64,000 bases of DNA from an uncultured delta proteobacterium (GTDB taxonomy: Bacteria; Desulfobacterota; Binatia; Bin18), in NCBI GenBank assembly GCA_963733195.1, contig CAVTCR010000062.1:224001-288000 (forward strand). The letters run 5' to 3'. A program made the position numbers and the translations under genes. This document shows positions 62,721-64,000 of this stretch, piece by piece; the stretch's first letter is position 1, and each line of letters opens with the position of its first letter. The notes beneath the pieces were generated by a model. That model was not told the DNA's origin. It worked only from the letters and a program-made list of their open reading frames with translations, and did not search any database.

Positions 62721-64000
62721 CTATAGCGCGTCTGCTTCCGGCTCATCTTCATCGACTGGAACAAGCTGCTCTTCTATAGAGACTGGGAGCCCCTTTGGCG
62801 CCTGCACGAGGGCAAGGCGGTGGCGATCTTTCGGACCGGTTCCTTCACTCACATCAACCACGACAAGACTCGCCTCATTGCGTGCCGCAATCTCATCCCA
62901 CTTCGATTTCCGCATGAGCAAGAAATAGGCAACATCAGGCTTCAGTAAGTTGGCGTCATACTGTGGAATGCGTCGTTTCGAGTAGTAGAGAGCACCATTG
63001 TCAAAGGTCTGAAAAAAGAAGAGAGGGTGCGAGCCCTATCTGTGTCACTACACGTTCCATAAACGGACGATACGTACGCGTGGTCGCCACGGTCGGTTGG
63101 AAAACGGCATTGACCAAGAGCACGGCACTGATTGTAAATGTTGCTAATCCGGTAAAAACCCATCCCCAGTAGCGGTGTTGAATCCCAATGATCAAAAGGC
63201 TAACTGATACGCTCGTCACTACACTCCACAACAGGAAGGCGTTGGGATGGGTAGACACAATTCCCGTAAACATGGGGAGGTTGCTCTGGTCTCGGGGATG
63301 CAGCAGCGGACGAATAACCGCAAGGGAATCGTACCCAAGCGCTTGGAAACCAATCGCCACAATCGTCACTCCCGCCAGTAGCAGACAGAGATACCCACTT
63401 CCTTGGATGAGACGGAAGAACAGAGCTGAGACAACCGTACTCCCATGCCGCAGTTCCTGCCACCACGCCCCAAGGAGCAATGCGACAGCAGGATACAGGG
63501 GGAGGATGTACACTGAGCGTTTACTTTTTGCTACAGAGTAGAAAAGGAAAACCGTCGCAATCCACACAATCAGGTAGAGATATTCTTTCTCTGCCCAGGC
63601 CCGCCGTTGATGATAGAGATACACGACAAGCGGCGGAAAGAAAAAACTCCATGGAACCATGCCAAGAAAGAGGTTGGGAAGAAAATAATAAAATGCATGC
63701 TCATGCCCTGCGTCACTGGTGAAGAAACGTAGAATGTTTTCTTTCATGATCTGTTTCATGAAAAAATCGTATCCACCTTGCCACAGTGCCAATCCATACC
63801 ACGATCCAGCAATTAGCAAGACCAGCAGACCACCCGCGACAACATGCAGTTGTCGCAAAAACACGAGCTGCTTGCGTAGAGCGAGGAAGATCACAACGGT
63901 CAGTCCTGGCAAAACTGCGCCGACCGGCCCTTTCGCTAACGTCGCGAGTCCAAGGAGCACATAGAAAAGGAAAGCCTCGCCTCGCCGAACTGTTCCTCGT
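62721..64000 (-). CDS. ArnT/GT39-like membrane glycosyltransferase (partial, frameshift near 63005)
   Basis: LATLAKGPVG, WY, H..AFYYF, PW, SK..VYILP.YPA.ALL. Confidence 0.85.

Noticed and set aside
1-64000. CRISPR array, rRNA, tRNA
   Set aside because: No regularly spaced identical repeats with spacers, and no recognisable structural RNA gene seen by eye

Overview
64-kb GC-rich (roughly mid-50s %, by eye) bacterial chromosomal window. Many otherwise conserved genes carry single-base frameshifts, most likely uncorrected long-read errors. Gene content (DUF1329/DUF1302/MMPL, repeated class III adenylate cyclase-TPR genes, PQQ enzymes, abundant 7/8-mer short tandem repeats and REP-like palindromes) is suggestive of Ca. 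Binatia; this is inference only. Main blocks: (1) 1-9.5 kb: PAS kinase/FixJ-type pair, wHTH-AAA regulator, an IS4-like element interrupting a SnoaL-like gene inside a segment bounded by a diverged 51-bp direct repeat, and an adenylate cyclase-TPR gene. (2) 9.8-18.3 kb: crotonase, two DUF1329, ilvE, flavin reductase, Rieske ferredoxin, ygfZ-like. (3) 18.3-23.5 kb: amidohydrolase/crotonase/acyl-CoA ligase/crotonase cassette bracketed by two desulforedoxin-like mini-proteins missing from the ORF track, one ending KPLPSSD; best candidate for an undescribed system. It is followed by bolA-grxD. (4) 25-32 kb: two tandem PQQ dehydrogenases with the lanthanide-type D-Y-D motif, a XoxJ/MxaJ-like binding protein, a cytochrome c with CX3CH, a YVTN propeller and a divergent MBL lactonase. 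(5) 34-42 kb: M1 aminopeptidase, decayed TA modules, second cyclase-TPR gene, M14 peptidase. (6) 42-46 kb: pqqABCDE (pqqA found by eye) coupled to a permease. (7) 46-64 kb: DprA-like, SDR, internally deleted gene relics, BrnT/antitoxin, IpdAB-like CoA-transferase pair, MMPL, hppA, M4 protease with tandem C-terminal repeats, mgtE, ArnT-like GT. No rRNA, tRNA or CRISPR array was seen.
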